A DNA stretch of 64,000 nt from Balanoglossus misakiensis (lineage: Eukaryota > Animalia > Hemichordata), in assembly GCA_040954595.2 (NCBI GenBank), contig CM082582.2:11652415-11716414 (forward strand), written 5' to 3'. This document shows positions 13,601-28,700 of the stretch, piece by piece. Position 1 is the stretch's first letter; every line of letters starts with the position of its first letter. The notes under the pieces were generated by a model. It had not been told where the DNA came from and did not search any database. It worked only from the letters and a program-made list of their open reading frames with translations. Made by a program: the position numbers and the translations under genes.

Positions 13601-15588
13601 TCTCCCCGTCTTTGTTTCGTTTGAAATCTGAGTCGTTTGCCTATTTCTTGTCTTCAACGTGTTGTATACGAGTCAGGGTTCAGCGGTCATTTTGCCTTCA
13701 CGAAAAATCTCACGGAGCACAAACCCCAAATGGTAAACAAAAAATCTTGTTCGAGTACACAGTAGCTGCGACGTTTTCCCCGTTAAACTTTAATGGAAAA
13801 CTTCTCGAAAATTTTACTTAGTTTTGTGTCTCTAGTTATGCTTCTGTTTCCACTTGTGTCTGTGGAATATGCCGTTCAAGAGGCAGGGCTTTTTTAATGG
13901 CAATTAATGCGAATGTGACCCCTGTCAATCGTTACAATGGATCTACTGTCCCGTTACAGTTTTCACATTATTTCTCTGTAAATATTATTCCGTGCGTAGA
14001 CTGAAACAAGCCCTGTAAATCACAAATTGCAGCAAAACATGTTTCGGATTTTTTTTATTACGGCGCGTGACGGGGTCTCGCCAGGCCTACAGCTACAGGC
14101 CATCCGAAAAAAAGTATGACAGTCCTAATTCGGAAGTTTCTGACGTGGTCCTCCCCGAATTTGTCTTCGCCTTCTCATTTCCGACAAAATGTCATGAAAC
14201 GTTATGCTTGGCTGGAATTATTATTGCGGACACGAAGGCTTTTGCGTGAAAGGGTGAAGAATTGCGGATCTCTGCTTGGTTGCCGTGGGTTATGTGTTGG
14301 CTCGGAGAACCTAGCATTTATGACGTGTTCCGGGTTTTAGCCGGTCTGACGTGCTGGTGTTAAAATTAGCTTACTTTTTGTCTGCGTGCAGGGATATGAA
14401 TCTATTTGAATATTTCGGTAGGTGATTTTTTAGACGCCGCGTGTACTTAATCTGCCGATGGTGTGACAAAATGTTCGAATTATAAAAGCAACACTTAGCA
14501 ATGCCGTTGGCTACCGGTTGAATAAATACGGAAAGGTCTAGCTTGTTGTTAATCGGCGGAAAGAAAAAAACGCCCGCACCGAGAAATGAAAATATGCTGG
14601 GTGATATTCAACACACATGGCCATTTGACTAAATCTTGATGTTCCATTTTTTACAGTATTGACTTTCTGGACGAGTAAACTTAGTTTTGTACACAGTTAG
14701 AAACAACGGTGTAAACAACAACTGATCGTCCAGTACTAGCTCTACTGTCGCAGTAAAGTTTGCAACTAAAACATAAATTATATTCCTATAGTGCAACGAT
14801 GTGCGATTCTTTAACGACACGCTGTTGCAAAAATGACCAAAAGTGGTGTAAAAAATTGACCAGTATCCACCAAAACCGCACAGCTTACCCTAAACTTATT
14901 ATAGTCAATTCTGCGACCCTGCGTCGAGCGCTATGCAGAGGGAAACGTGATCGAATTGTGAAAGACGGCAGAGTTGTAAGTTCAGAAGCGACCCGGCTTA
15001 TCAACTGACATCATTAAAACCAATGAGTGTCTATACTTACAAGTTACGCGTTGCAGTGTTGGGGTTTGGGCGCAAATTATACCATTCGGGTCCTCGGCGT
15101 TCTTGTTAACCTCTTAACCCCGCAGACGAGGGCACGTCTTCGCTTAAGAAACTCCTGGCTTCGTATTCTTGGTTTTCATAAATTAAAAATACACCGAGAG
15201 ATATCCCCGTCAATTAAAGCGTTGATCATGATGGCGACGTCGCTCAGGCTTTTCATGGGAACTCACTCGTCTTACTGTATACGAGACCAGTAACATTCCA
15301 ACTCCCATCCAAGAACTTCCCTGAAATGTTTAAAAGTAAACTTGTTATGTTATTTCCGTTGTAACGTTCCACCATGATTTGTAAACTTTACAAATGACAA
15401 ATATTTTGATTTGGAAAAACAGAATTGTCAGCCCACGTATTCCTGATCAGCTTCTGAATAAGACTATTGAATCTACTGTTGCTATATTCGGCTATTAATT
15501 TCGACAAATGTCAAAGATATGAATATCTTGACCCCGAGATAAAGGCTTTTCGAGGTATTAACAATATGTTACATCAACGATATAGGAA

Positions 15589-15870
15589 CACGACTTCCTG
15601 ACAAATTTCACAGAGACATGTCTAAGCAAATTTAAGCATTGATCAATTTAATTTTTATACGGCGTCGATAATAACATGATCTCTTTGTAAAAGGGACATA
15701 ATCAATTTTTTTCTGTTAAAAAAGTTTTTTCCATCTTTAAATTATTGTCAGGGCTGATCAAATTCCATTATTATACCGCATTCATGTTGTGGAAACGATT
15801 CGCCAAAAGCAATGGATGAGCAGTAGGATTTTTTCCTTTGACAGTCCACGAAATTGTCAGGACTATCGTG
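15589..15870. mobile_element. Possible degenerate MITE
   Basis: Imperfect ~22 bp terminal inverted repeats (cacgacttcctgacaaatttc at 15589 vs gaaattgtcaggactatcgtg ending 15870) around an AT-rich ~280 bp core. No clear target-site duplication. Confidence 0.3.
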
Positions 15871-18800
15871 CTCAAGTAATCAATACAATCGGGTCTAGTG
15901 TATCACCAAATCTTGTATGCAGTACATCTTGTGTAAATTGATGAGGTCCTAAGCCTCTTGACAAAATTCCCGAGATTATTGTGGGGGTAAGATTTTGACG
16001 TGAAGTAACACGTTGCTCTCTGTACTAGAACCGCAAGGCGAATTGACAGCCATGTTGACATAACAGAGCGTTCTCCGTCGAGGACTCCCCTCGCCCGGAA
16101 CCACAAACCACCAACTTTAATGCCATCTCTAGTCCAGTTCAATGTTTCCCGCGCTATTTTTTTGTTCAGAATTGTGAAATTAACTTCCAAATGAGTCGGC
16201 ATGGCAGTCCCGCCGACGTACATGATATCCTAGGTGCACAATCGGTAATTTCTCCCCGTTTACAATGGCCGCCGGGACAGAACGTTTATATTGCCCCCAT
16301 TTTGAATTACAATAATTGTAGACATCGATTTTTATCCAATTTCGTCAATTTTTGCCTTTCGGGTATCTAACTATCAGTTTACAGCGCAAATTGTACGTTT
16401 ACAGTGGCATGACTTGAGGGAACGCGCACGCAGACCCGAACAAATAAAAAAGACCGAAGATGTGATAGCATAACACAGTCCCTGTAACGCCATATGGGGC
16501 TCGGTGTGTCACTTCCCCCGACACGAACAAACTACGGCGATTCTGTTCTACAGAAGTTACAGTTGAATATTTTTCCGGGTGATTATAATATAAAAAAGAA
16601 CCTAGTCAGCGTTGGGTACGCCGCAATAAGATTTCATGAAAACTAATTTGAGTGAAATTCTGTACTTAGCTATGCGCGGCTTTGTGTTGAAATCTATCAT
16701 CTACGTTTTACTATTCATGTAAGGTAGTTTCATTATGTGTTGGTTCGGCCATATTGGAAAAAAAATCATATTTCATTCCCTTGAATTAATGTAGCCTTTG
16801 TGGGTTTGCGTACGATTCATGTGAAAATACGAGTCGAAATAAAGAGGATTTGGTTGTTCCCAGAGAGATCATTGGAAAGGGGCGATGCTTTTCCGGTCTC
16901 GCGAACCGTGAATTCTAATGTACGGGTTTGTTTGAGCGATAGAAGGCTTGTGATATTTTCTAAGGTTTCTGGCGCACACTATGAAATTTTGAATTCATAG
17001 ACGTCGCATTATCAGAAGCTTACTGGTGTATCTCTGATTGGCGACGGTTTTTCTCTTTAAATATTCGTATCTTTTTATGAGACGGTATTTAAAGTGGTAA
17101 TTCGCTGTCGCCGCTACTTGGAAACCAGTTATGTTTGCAAATTAGTCGTACCCGCCGCACTGTCTGTTTCCCAGAGGCGTTGCACGTGAAATTTGCAAGC
17201 AATTTCGGTTTGTGCTGCGGCCAGCGGAGTTGAGTGGGCGTGCTGTAGGCGATACCAGGTCAGCGCCGCTGTACAGCGGAAACAGGCAGTGGTCGCAGTT
17301 TAAGTGTCCATGGAGACCAATTCGGCCCCAACTTCTACATACAAACAGACTAAATTTCGTGAGGTCTTCCCAGAACATGTTCCAGTAATCAGGTCCCAGT
17401 TTTAGCCCATCTTTATTTTTATCGACTTTCCCTCGCACCCCAGGACTTATCACCGTTCTGCGAATTGAGATTTATAGTGGCAAGTTTTTTGTTGTGGATA
17501 TGGTATAGCTGGTGTCCACTTTCCATCTTAAGTATTGGACGCGATAATCTGCTATTCGGTCTCGGGATAAGCCCTCTCTCTTGCTATGAACCCTCGTGTC
17601 AATACCTCCAATAACCCTAAGCCTGTTATCTAGGCTGGGGAAGCCCATTGAAAACACGTTACTCGCCGTAGATACACGAAACTAACTAGAATCGACATTA
17701 TCCACTAGTCTGTTTGCATTGCACACACTACATTCGTGGTGCTGTACTATATGGTTTGTCTATTTTTGCCTTTTCAGGGGAACAAGATTTACACACTCAG
17801 ACATACAATTTGCCTAATTGCCATCGACACAAGTCTACGAAAACATCACCTATAATTGACAAAACATACAGACAAACAAATTCGTGAGGGAGCAGGCTTT
17901 TTTCCATGTCCACTCCTACTATTTGGTTAACTCGGGAGATTTATTACAGCGACCAGTGTACTTGCTATTTTCTTTGAAAATAAGCGAGTTACGTATTGAT
18001 GGGGACGTTCCAGCCCGCGTAGTCAGGAACACGCATGGTTTGCGTATACACGCCAATATAATAACTAAAATAACAAACACACAAATAAACGAGTAGCCAC
18101 CGACTGCCGCTCCGTACGTCCAACTAAGTTTCATCAAGTCGGATAGGGTTTCCAGAGGCGGCTATGATAGCGACCGGACGCTGTTGAGTCATCAACAGGC
18201 AGAGGAGGGAAAGTATTTAGCCGATGCGGCCATATGTGCACCGAAGGCCCACTCATCCGAGACTCTCGCCGAAGACTGGGCAGAGAGAGTGAGAGACAGA
18301 GAAAGAGAGAAAACAATCGGGAGCCGGTTAACAGTAAGTAAACCCGATCTCCACCAGTGAGTTAATTCACGTAGCATTCGTCACTGATAGGACAGCCCTT
18401 CTCCATTGATTAACATGTGGGCCTTATACAATCCCACGCGGTAGGAATTTGATCGTGTTCTAGTGGATGTATGATATAGCAGGGGACATTGGCCAACCAT
18501 CGGACCTCGTCAGATACAATAACACGCTGGGCATTTCAACTATGGCGCCTCCCCGGTACTCTTACACAGCCTGGAGAACGGATCTCTTTTTTTCCCTGAT
18601 CTCCAGCGGACTCAGTCCCATCTGTGTGTATCCCTGCAAATCAGACAGGAGGAGAAAAGGGGGTGCGGAAGCCGGGCGGTGTACGGGTAGAATAACATTT
18701 TCTACAAGGGTGTACTTGTTATTGGTACATCGTGTTTAAAATGTTGTTTCTGCCGCCAAGGCTAAATGGTTGAATTATAATGCCCGTACTCGCAATGTAA

Positions 18801-21800
18801 TTACTGCATGGAAAGACGGCGCTGACACCTCCCCCATCATTTTCCAGACTCATGTTCGGCGCGGTGTCCCCACCCTCCGAAATGAAGCAAAAATAACAAC
18901 ACAAAAGCCATTTACCTAAGATTTGTACTCGGCTTTGTGGACTTCTATGGGGGCTTAACGAGCTACATATAGATGTAAATTGGTGCAAATCTTTAAGTGG
19001 CAGTTTCTTAGTGGCGCAATTAAAGAGAGACGATACCATTCTTCTGTGGTTTCTATAGGTGCTTTTGTTCAGGTGCGAGGCCAAAGGACTATGGTTCGAT
19101 ACGCTTTAGAAAACGCATCTCGCTGTGTAAGAAAGACAGAACGAAGAAAAAGAACGTTCGGTCACAATATGGGCCGAAGTACATGTAATAGAAAATACAT
19201 TAATGGTTTGACTGGTGTCCATTTTGAGGGTCTTTGACATGTCTATCATTTCTCGCGCCTGAGATTTTTTTTCTCCTTCTTCATCAATACACAGTGATCG
19301 ACACTGTGAGTATACTGTATGTACAACCGATCAACTCTTTTAGCAAAAATGGGTGGGGAGGATAGACAAGTGACCACAATATCAGCACATGTTACAATGA
19401 TTCCAAAGTATACAGGCCGCGGATGGAAGTTATTGAATCGCCCGGCCATTCAAGGATGCCTGTAAAGGCGAAGTTGTGCATTGAATGAAGTGCATTATCT
19501 GGCTTCCAAAATCAACCGATTGTTGGAAGAAATGCCGGCGAACAAAAGCCCTGGGATGAAGTGACGGCGTTCTAAAGATTTTGGCTGGGCTGGTTTTAAA
19601 AAAGGAGTACGGTTTCCCGTTTTAATTGGCTAAATACACGATACAAGTGAAGTACGAACCCCGGAGAAGCCACATTTGTATATAAATACGAAATCCTTTC
19701 ATTGTCAATTGAATCGGACCCCCCTTCTCTCTCTTCTCTTGTTTGAGGCTCCGTGCTTTGAGCGAAGTTCGCTTGATCTAATTGCTCTAGACGCTGGTAG
19801 TTGAAATACTGGTTTTCGTGTCCCCGTCGAGAAGACTCGCAAAACCGACATCCATATGTCCCAATCGTGAAGAAGACAAGGTAAACCCGCGCCGGTATGA
19901 TTTATGGTGACAGGGATAGCGGACACGGGCAAAAACAGATCCACGGAAGCGTCATGAATGGCCGTTCCATATGATCCGAAGAGCTACGTCCGCATTGAAC
20001 ATCCCCGCACAAAAGAATAATAAATAGACTCAATAAATAGTTGGAACGTCGCTAAATACACTCTTAAGGCCACATTGAGTGGAGTGGTGAAAGCCCTTCA
20101 AACTTTAATAATCTTGCAAGTGAGGATATTGCCTTACACGCAAGGAACTCCCGTGACGTGTATACTTTCGCCCGGCTGACAGCTAGGCTGCCGTGAGAGG
20201 TGCCATATGTAACAAAAGTTTATGAAGTTTTTTGTGGTCGGTTTCCTCTGCACCAGCGATGACGGGTCTGTGGACATGTGTGGTCCAGTCGCCGAGACAA
20301 AAATATTTTCTCCAATGTAACAGACATACTAGATGCCCTCTTAATCGCGGCAATCGAATATTTTTGCTTTCTTCGCTCAAAAACATAATGCACATGCCAC
20401 AAGTTTGATGCTTCTTAATGAGTGGATGAGCAATGTTTAAAACCCGACGTTGTGTTTTCTGATTTCTGAGCTATATGCAGGTTTCTTACTACATTTTGTG
20501 AAAAGAGAACTAATATCCAAATCGTGAAGGCTAACATTTTCCGCCGGGGTGGCCCGTTGTATTGGTACCGCTAAAATCGACTAGCACTACGCGTAAACAC
20601 AGCTTTTATCGCCCGAACAATGTGTGAAAAGAAAATGCTGGCAGCTAAATCTTTCTGCTTGGGTAGACTTCACCAGAGAAGGCTAAAAGAACGAGAAATA
20701 TTTCCGAATAGTTTGGGAATAGTTGTTGTGGTCTGACAAAAGAAGTGGTGTCGACTGGAAAAGTCTTTCCAAGGAAGATAAGTCCGGTGACTTCATCACC
20801 GTCTCATTCAGTCACGGATGTTTTCGCTCTACTTTAGGCGCGTCTGGGGAGAGGAAAGTCAAGTGTAGTCATGGTGACACAAGGGGTAGCCAGGCAACAG
20901 ATGGCAGGAGAGAGGAGAGTGCCCTTTGACCTCTCCCGTCTCGCTCAGACGTCAACAAAGTGGTCGGCAAACACCACGAGGGGGCCTCAATTTTCGGATG
21001 TGACGATTACAAACACGAAGTGTGGTCGATTTCATCGCCGAAGACAGCCGGGCGCTTATATTTTCCAAATATTGCGTCCGGGGAAACTAGCTGGACCACC
21101 GTAGCAATAGTTTCTGCACTGGGGACGAAAAGCGATACCGACATCATGCCTTATTACATGTTTACGTAACGCGATTCAAAGAACCGTAGCGTTGCTTACA
21201 GCTTTGAACTCTGTCAAGTGATGTTGAGGCGCTTTTCCGCTAAGAAGATTATCTTCTAGAAGGATCGGATACATTTCCGAAAGCACTTGGATTCCGGGGC
21301 CGGGTCCACCAGCACTCAGCTACGTTGATAGACAACCGTGTCAACGCCAGCCGCCCGCTCGCTCGCCCGGGCTGGCCCGTAACGCCCCAACCCTAACACC
21401 GGGCATGCTTCACAAGAGGCGAAGTCCCAAACTCTCTCGCGCGCTCTAAATAGAAAAGAAAACCCCACATCCCGTGGTTGTGGAGGTATTTTGTACTAAC
21501 GTATACCGTCAGACACTCACTGGGTATTTCTCGCCCAGGGCGACCGAATTGCATACCTAGTGATGTAAAGCAAAGATTTGTTTGATTTCCCCGAAGAAAA
21601 TTTTCGGCTAATATAGAAATCTGTTTGACATGCCCGATAAGCCCCTGGGGCTGGCTGCCTTTGTGCGCATAATCGGCCACGCTGAGAAGGTTATGGTTGA
21701 CCTTCTGCCTGGCCAACAATTGCCCGTTTCATTAACTTTTAATGTAGTTTATTCATCCCCCTAAGAAACGTTCCTCGGCCCAACAAAAAAGTGGCCATTT

Positions 21801-22748
21801 ACCGGAATGTTAGTTGCTGTTCCAGGCGATCTGTTCACGCTCTTGGAACGTGTAACACGTTTCTTAACGATCAGTAACCGCGTAAACGTTCAAATTCATG
21901 ACTTACAGACAAATCACCTCAGTTGTTTTTGAGCAGTAATTATGGTCTTCGAAACGTCTCGACACCAGCAATCAATAGAAATAACACAAACTAAGAACCA
22001 CCGTTCAATTCGACAGGAATATCGAATGCCATTTTCATTTGCCAATAAATATACATGTGTACATATACTTAAGAGTGTGTACTACAAGCAAATACTGTGT
22101 TGGCGGATTTGCACACACAGGTTTTTCCCCCACTGGGCACTGCTGGCAGGAGAGCACCGGCATTTCACAGATTCAACACCAACGCTGTTCAAAGTGTTGA
22201 ATTCGATACGATATTTGGAACGGTCGTGTTAAAAGCAGTTGAGCTAGACACGCAGACCATCCACACGCCGTTACTGAGGTAAATATTTACAGCCGATCTA
22301 TCCATAAATCCCTAAGTCGGAAACCATTATGCTTGCCAAGTCACACAAATGTTATATTTGAAACCGTTTCACCGAAGGAGGGTTGGCTACGAGACGCTTA
22401 CAGAAGACTACAGGTCTCAAGCCCTTTCCCCGCATACAAGGACTTAAATTACATTAAATTGATAAACTATAGACTTTGATATTATGGCTTTTCTCATCAT
22501 TGTTGTATTATTAGTCACAAGTGTTATAACTCGCGGTGTCTGGTTTCACTTTTTTCACGACTGCCACCACTGAGATTGTCCAATTTAATCCACCAATTTT
22601 TGTCCCGCGACAAATTCTTGTATTTGTATAATGTCAAGAGAGCTGACGTGGCCGTGAAACGCTAATTATACAGTGTCGCTTTCGATTGTTTAAGGTTAAG
22701 TGTGTAGATCCGCACTTTCCGACTGTGTTCTGTTAGCCATGTTACTCC

Positions 22749-22776
22749 TCTGTCTGTCTGTCTGTCTGTCTGTCTG
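22749..22776 (+). repeat. (TCTG)7 microsatellite
   Basis: Perfect tandem run read directly. Confidence 0.93.
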
Positions 22777-25700
22777 TGGCTGGGCTAGTGACTTCAAATG
22801 TTTGCGGTGACAGTAAAATAGAAAGTACCACTATATTTTACACATCTGCGGCTAAGAATAATACCATGACATTTTCCAGTGCGAAAATATTAATAGTTAA
22901 AGCATACCAGTAATTGATTGCAGATTGCAACGCCCAGCACTTTTATCGCTCTTTTTGTAGAACGCAAAGTACGCAGATTATTCTCATTAAACGTACAAAG
23001 CACGGTAATTTTTATGTATATGTGACTGTGTATAGATGCTGACAGGGTGGTTTCTACTGTTCTCGGCCCAGGCCTACAAATACAAGACTCACAAACCGCC
23101 AAGTCGCATGCAATCGTTGTTTTTTTTTTGTCGCGGGTGGACTTCAATATAACAAGCTCTTGCTAGTGAATGAAATGCGGCACAGGTTGGCGAGAAAACA
23201 CAAGGCGCCCACGGACAGAGTGCATCACACCATATCACAGTCTGCGAACACAGTAACCACGGAAAACTATATTTAGCGAGTATTTTGAATTCAGATGAAG
23301 ACATGCACAGTCATTATCTCATGTGAGGCTGTGTGAATCCAACAGGTCGGCGCAGCGCTACTCAAAATATCAGAGTCATGCGCTTCCAATTTCTTTGCCG
23401 GGACGCTCATTGTGTTTCGTTTCAGTGTAAATATTGTTAGGTAAATAAAAAATATAAACAAGGAGCGGGGAACTACATGGACCACTTTTACCATCGAATC
23501 GGGATTTCCTGTATCACAATTATCGACAACTGGAAACGACTAAAGGCAAGATTATCGTGTACCAGTCTGACGATGACGAATACCCGCATTTTTCGTGTTC
23601 CATCTGCAAAATTATATTCGTTATATGCATGCGCGCACGCATTCATGCATGCATGAATCCGGGGTTGATTGATGGCCACCACGCACGACCGCAATCCACA
23701 GCAAATTTGTGATGAATTAGACCAAAAGCTGCAATTTTTGCGCCATGATTATTTTGAAACCAGTTGAGCCAACAAACACTCAAAGAAAAAAAAATCGTTC
23801 CGATCTGAAGTAGTGCTTTGAAACTACAAACTCGCGACTCAAACAAAATTGTGGGGAATCCTGGGTAAACTACTGAAGGAGAATTATTTTCGGACAGTAA
23901 TTTTCACGAAAGCACGCGGCAAAATTTATTTTACGTTGAATGACCACCCCGTCGACTCTACACGGGTTAACGCCGTCACGAATCTAATATTCTGTTGTAC
24001 CTCGGATAACTACAGACAGTGCGTGGGACATAGTCACGAACCCAGCTGTATAATTGATGGTTCGTTGATCGGATATAATATTGAAATTGTAACGGATATT
24101 CGTGTCAATAAAAGCGAGCTAAGACTGGCACAGTGTTCCGGCCCGAACACGATGCGCGAGCCGCAAACAAATCTGCCAACTTCTTTGTGTTCTGATTTTG
24201 ACAGACTCTTCTCTCTAAAATACCCCCTTCTCCCGTTTGGTCGTCGAATATCTAGTGGAAGACACTGTACCTGGAGGGTACCGCCCAAGATCGTTCGCTG
24301 CTGACAGTGCGGAAAAGCTGGCTATTAATTGCCCGAAGTTCACAAATACAGCGAGAAGGAAATTGACCCCAAATGTTAACAGCTCATACATTTGTTTGAA
24401 TTAATGATATCCATAGTACTCCATTGTGTCGTTAGGATGTATTAAAATACCTGTCAGCTTGTCTCAATGCAGCTAGTATAACGCAAATTTAATTAGATTT
24501 CATCCCTACACCCTTCTTGTGTCAATATAACTCAATTTCTGTCATGAAGCACGTCCATAATTAGATGTCTGTTAGAACTAAACTGATGCTAATAACTGTC
24601 TGGTCGCGTTACGTTCCAAGAGCCTCCGAAGACGATGGCGTCTAGACCGAAAATCATGTACAATGTCGGTTTATATTCAGTGAGACAGTTTCAAGTTTTA
24701 ATAGCTGTTATCACGGTGCGTTAATACGCGATTCGAACGGGAAACGATTGTGACTTTAATGACAGGAATTTTGGTCTGAATTGATGGTGCTTTACAGAAC
24801 ACACAGCTCTCCCCTGCTGCCAAGATCTGCAAAACCTTTGGTCTATCTCCGAAAGTTGGAAGTGTGTTTGACCTGTGACCTTATGAGGGGAAACGGCAGT
24901 ACACATGTTTGTCTTACGTACAATTTGTCATCGCTGATGTCATCACTTCGAGGGTAATGAATTGGTGGAACTACTTCCGGTATTCTGAAACTAGCGTAAC
25001 GTTTAGAAAACAGCCATTTTCAGCGATGATACACGTCTCAAAATCGAGTTAGACACCCTGGGAAACTCTCAAAAAATGACAACCTAGCTTCTCCCACCAA
25101 AATCCTTTCAATAAAATGTTTCCATTTTCTCGCCCCTGTGACGGTACGCACCGCTTTTTGTTATTTCTGTAAGCAAATGAAATATTGTCCCGAAATATCC
25201 TCATACAAACTCTCAGTGTTTGTCTACGGAATGGGTCTTAAAATGCACAATGGCCAAGTAAAACAAGCACAACAATCGGACTGACGGAGACTCTATAGGT
25301 GTTCTACGGCGACTGGTTTTAATTGGATGGTGGTAAAAAAGATAGTTCATGGTATTTTCACCTATATGTATGTCCATAACAAGTGCGCTATATGGTAACG
25401 AGTTATCTAAAACTTTCGCTGTGAAAAACAGGTAAACAGTCCCTTGTTATTGTTAGTAAAATGAAGTCTTCTCATTCTGTTCTGGAACACTTTTTTTCGG
25501 GTAGGGGCTCAATTTCACGGTGATTTTGGCAGCGGAGAAACTTTTTTTCTGTTCACGCTGTGTTTGAAATCGATATTATTTTGCAATTCACGAAACGCGC
25601 GAGCGATCTGAGGAGGAGGAGGCGGGGGCATAATCGCCAGCCGAGTCCCGATCTGCGTGCCCCCGCTCTCCCGGGTTCACAGGTCACCGGGATATTCCAA

Positions 25701-28700
25701 GACCACACATGAACTTTTCCGAGGCAAGAATGCAGACTCATTTATAATCCTGCGTGTCTTGGATATCTAAACAAATCGTTTTTCATGTCAAGATGGTCGG
25801 GCTGAAGGAACAGTTTGGGAGAGCATCACAAAACTCCACAAGCGAGCCCCGGAAAAGAACACTAAAAAACCAATACAATAACGGTTTGTGACCGTGTCGG
25901 GTATAGGCGGCGCCATTGTCATAAAATATACTTGTAATTTCCTCTACCTGTCTTGCACAAAGGCGATCAAAACCTCAACACTGCGAAGGTACAATAACTC
26001 AAGCGACCACTATTATCCACTGGGAGCGGTTCTCTTAATTAATTGGCCAGAATTCGGTCGAAATCACAAGGGGGAGGCTTTGGGATCAGGAACTGCATCT
26101 GTCAACGTGCATCAATGCAGATAGTGGGACTTAATCCAAGGGAATGTTTTTCTTTCCTTAAAAGCGTGATTGACAGTTCTGACAGCCGGTCAGATCGCCA
26201 CTGATTATCGCCGTGGCCGGCGAACACTACCGCACTCTCTCAGGATTGAGAACTAGGATTTTTAAATTCGTGAACATTCGCGAGAACAAAACGCACTACA
26301 CGTTTTATCCGTCACACTGTGTAAAATCCGCAAATAATGGATCGGGTCAATGTAAAACGCATGGTGACCCCCAAATTCTAACAATGAACACGACGCTGAA
26401 AGTCTCCAAAAGGGAGGTTATTTTTTATTACAATAAAGCGATCGCAAGTTTCACCTTGAAGTCTCAGGCCAGACTGTGCCACCCTTCGGATGTGATAAGG
26501 CCCGGTTTGGTCTAATGGTGCAACCGTAAACCGGACCCGAACTCGAATGCAAAGTGGGAGCTCACGAAGTTTCCCTTCAACAAGCGGGGTTACACTTCAA
26601 CGATAGGCAGATCCCCCTCCCCCCTCAGGCAAAACTTGCTTCCATCAATCCAAACCAACGTGGATTTGCCGAGTGTTTTAATTAGGTCGTCTAATAGTAT
26701 TCACGCCAAGTCATTGTCATGGTGTGATCACGGGCCTGATCACGGAACCGCAACTGGTGTGAAGAAAGTATTAGCGCGGTAAAGCTTCTTATTGTTCTTA
26801 TTTTAATTAAATGATTTGCAAAAGAAATCAACGCACCAGCGCTCATTCATTGAAGCGTACGAAGCAAGTGCCCGCTCTCGTCTTTCCACGATTTCGTACT
26901 ATTCACCTTTACAGCGAATCGACGAGAGGAAAATGTACCAGTTTTAGTTTGACACCACAATATTTCTCGTATCTCTCAGTATGTCTATGTAAGACACCGA
27001 AACTGGGGACGATAACATAGAGAACCCCGCTCTCAGTCGTTTCGAATAACAGTTACTCACGACAATAAACCATAAACCTGTACTATCCAAAAAGTGCCAC
27101 TCGATAAAATTAAGAACGGTTAAAAATGTATGTTTTGAAATTGCTTTAGTTGTGCTTATTTTTGTATTTATTTCATTGTGGACAGCTATGATATCAGAAC
27201 GGTTGTTTTTGAAGAGGCAGCAGGTAACCTAAAATAAACTAACGAAGTACCAGCTGATAACAAAATGGTCCATCGATGCAGAATGCTGGTAATCTTTGTT
27301 TTCTCTGTGTCAGCGGCCATGCGACAGAAATTGGTCTGTCGCTGGCACACCAGGCATTTGCCGACATCATAACACGCAGAATACGATATTTTCCCTTGCC
27401 CCGGCTTTTTGCGATCCCTGACTAAAAGAAACACAAGACAATAGGCCTTTGTTTCAATCTCTTCGCTTGTCCCGGATTTCGTTTTATTATTTTTCAACTT
27501 GTCGTCACGGAAAATGACAGGACACAAAGCGTCCCTTCTGTGACGGGAGGAGTGTCGATTCCAAACGCGACATGGGTGAGTGGAACACCACAAACATATA
27601 GCGCCACAATCGGTGTATTACCGCCAAAGAAACGCCGGCAGGCATGTACAGATCTCCCGTCTGCGAGTATTGTACATTACTCGGGAAATATCAATCGGCT
27701 GACAATATTATTATGCCATCCCTATCCGCCAGTGTCACCTTCGCTGACTTACACAGACATCAAAAGGTTCAACATAGCACTTGAGATGGTGGTTCGCAAA
27801 CTTTTCTGGTGAATCTCCCGTGGGGACAGGAAAAATAATCCATAAGAATCCGGCAGGTGGACATGGCCAGATTGTCGAGGGGGGGGGGGGGGAGGCTCAC
27901 GAATTCCACCAATTTGGAGAATTGGTGAACGTCACGTGACGTGGCGGCCCCCACCAAGGCATATGCGGGACAGGTGGCAACAACCCACATCCCCCAACGA
28001 CTGAGGCGCCTGCACGATTGACCGAACTGAGCCGGAACCCAGACTTCCTGAACAGTTACTCGGACAATATGGCGCGATATGAATGTTAATTGTTTCTCTT
28101 GTATTTCAGTGTTTTTAGGGATCAATTGTCAGGTAACAAACCAAAGTTCTTCAAATTGGAAATGTCGTTTATTTTTCTCTCTCTCAAGAATCGATACACC
28201 AATAGTGAGCTGCCGTTTGCTATCCAATTTTAAGGAAGAAGAATGTAGTGACTGGGAGAGATAAACAGATTGTCCTGTCTCGGTATACTACTAGCAACGT
28301 ACTGATTTGTCAATCGAAGGTTGACGTGGGCCACCAATGTTTTATGGTGTATAGTTTCTGACGGAACACGAATCGAACGTGGTGCCGGTGATCGTGACGC
28401 GCAAACCGGAAAATGCAGTGAGCCCCGGCCCCGGCGTCGTGGTCCGGTGATTGCCGTATTTCATCTGCTGGGCACGAAACTCGACGTGCCGTTTTGCGGC
28501 GTGAAGAAATTGCATTTTAACGAACACAGGATTGATTAATTTGCCTTTTGTTCAATTGACCGGGACCGTGTCCGCAAACTGAAGAGATATGGACAAAACG
28601 CCGAGACACTGACGCATCACTCTGTTATTTCCGTGGGTATTCTGAGCCCGGACGTCGACACTTATCGCTTTCCTGGTTTTCTGGAAAAGTAGTGCAACCA

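Noticed and set aside
23625-23658. 18 bp palindrome attcatgcatgcatgaat and alternating purine-pyrimidine tracts (also 2385-2406, ~51060-51098)
   Set aside because: Explained by low-complexity (ATGC)n/(CA,CG)n slippage.
26500-26550. A-box-like TGGTCTAATGG within a small ccggttt/aaaccgg hairpin
   Set aside because: No B box or tRNA fold follows.
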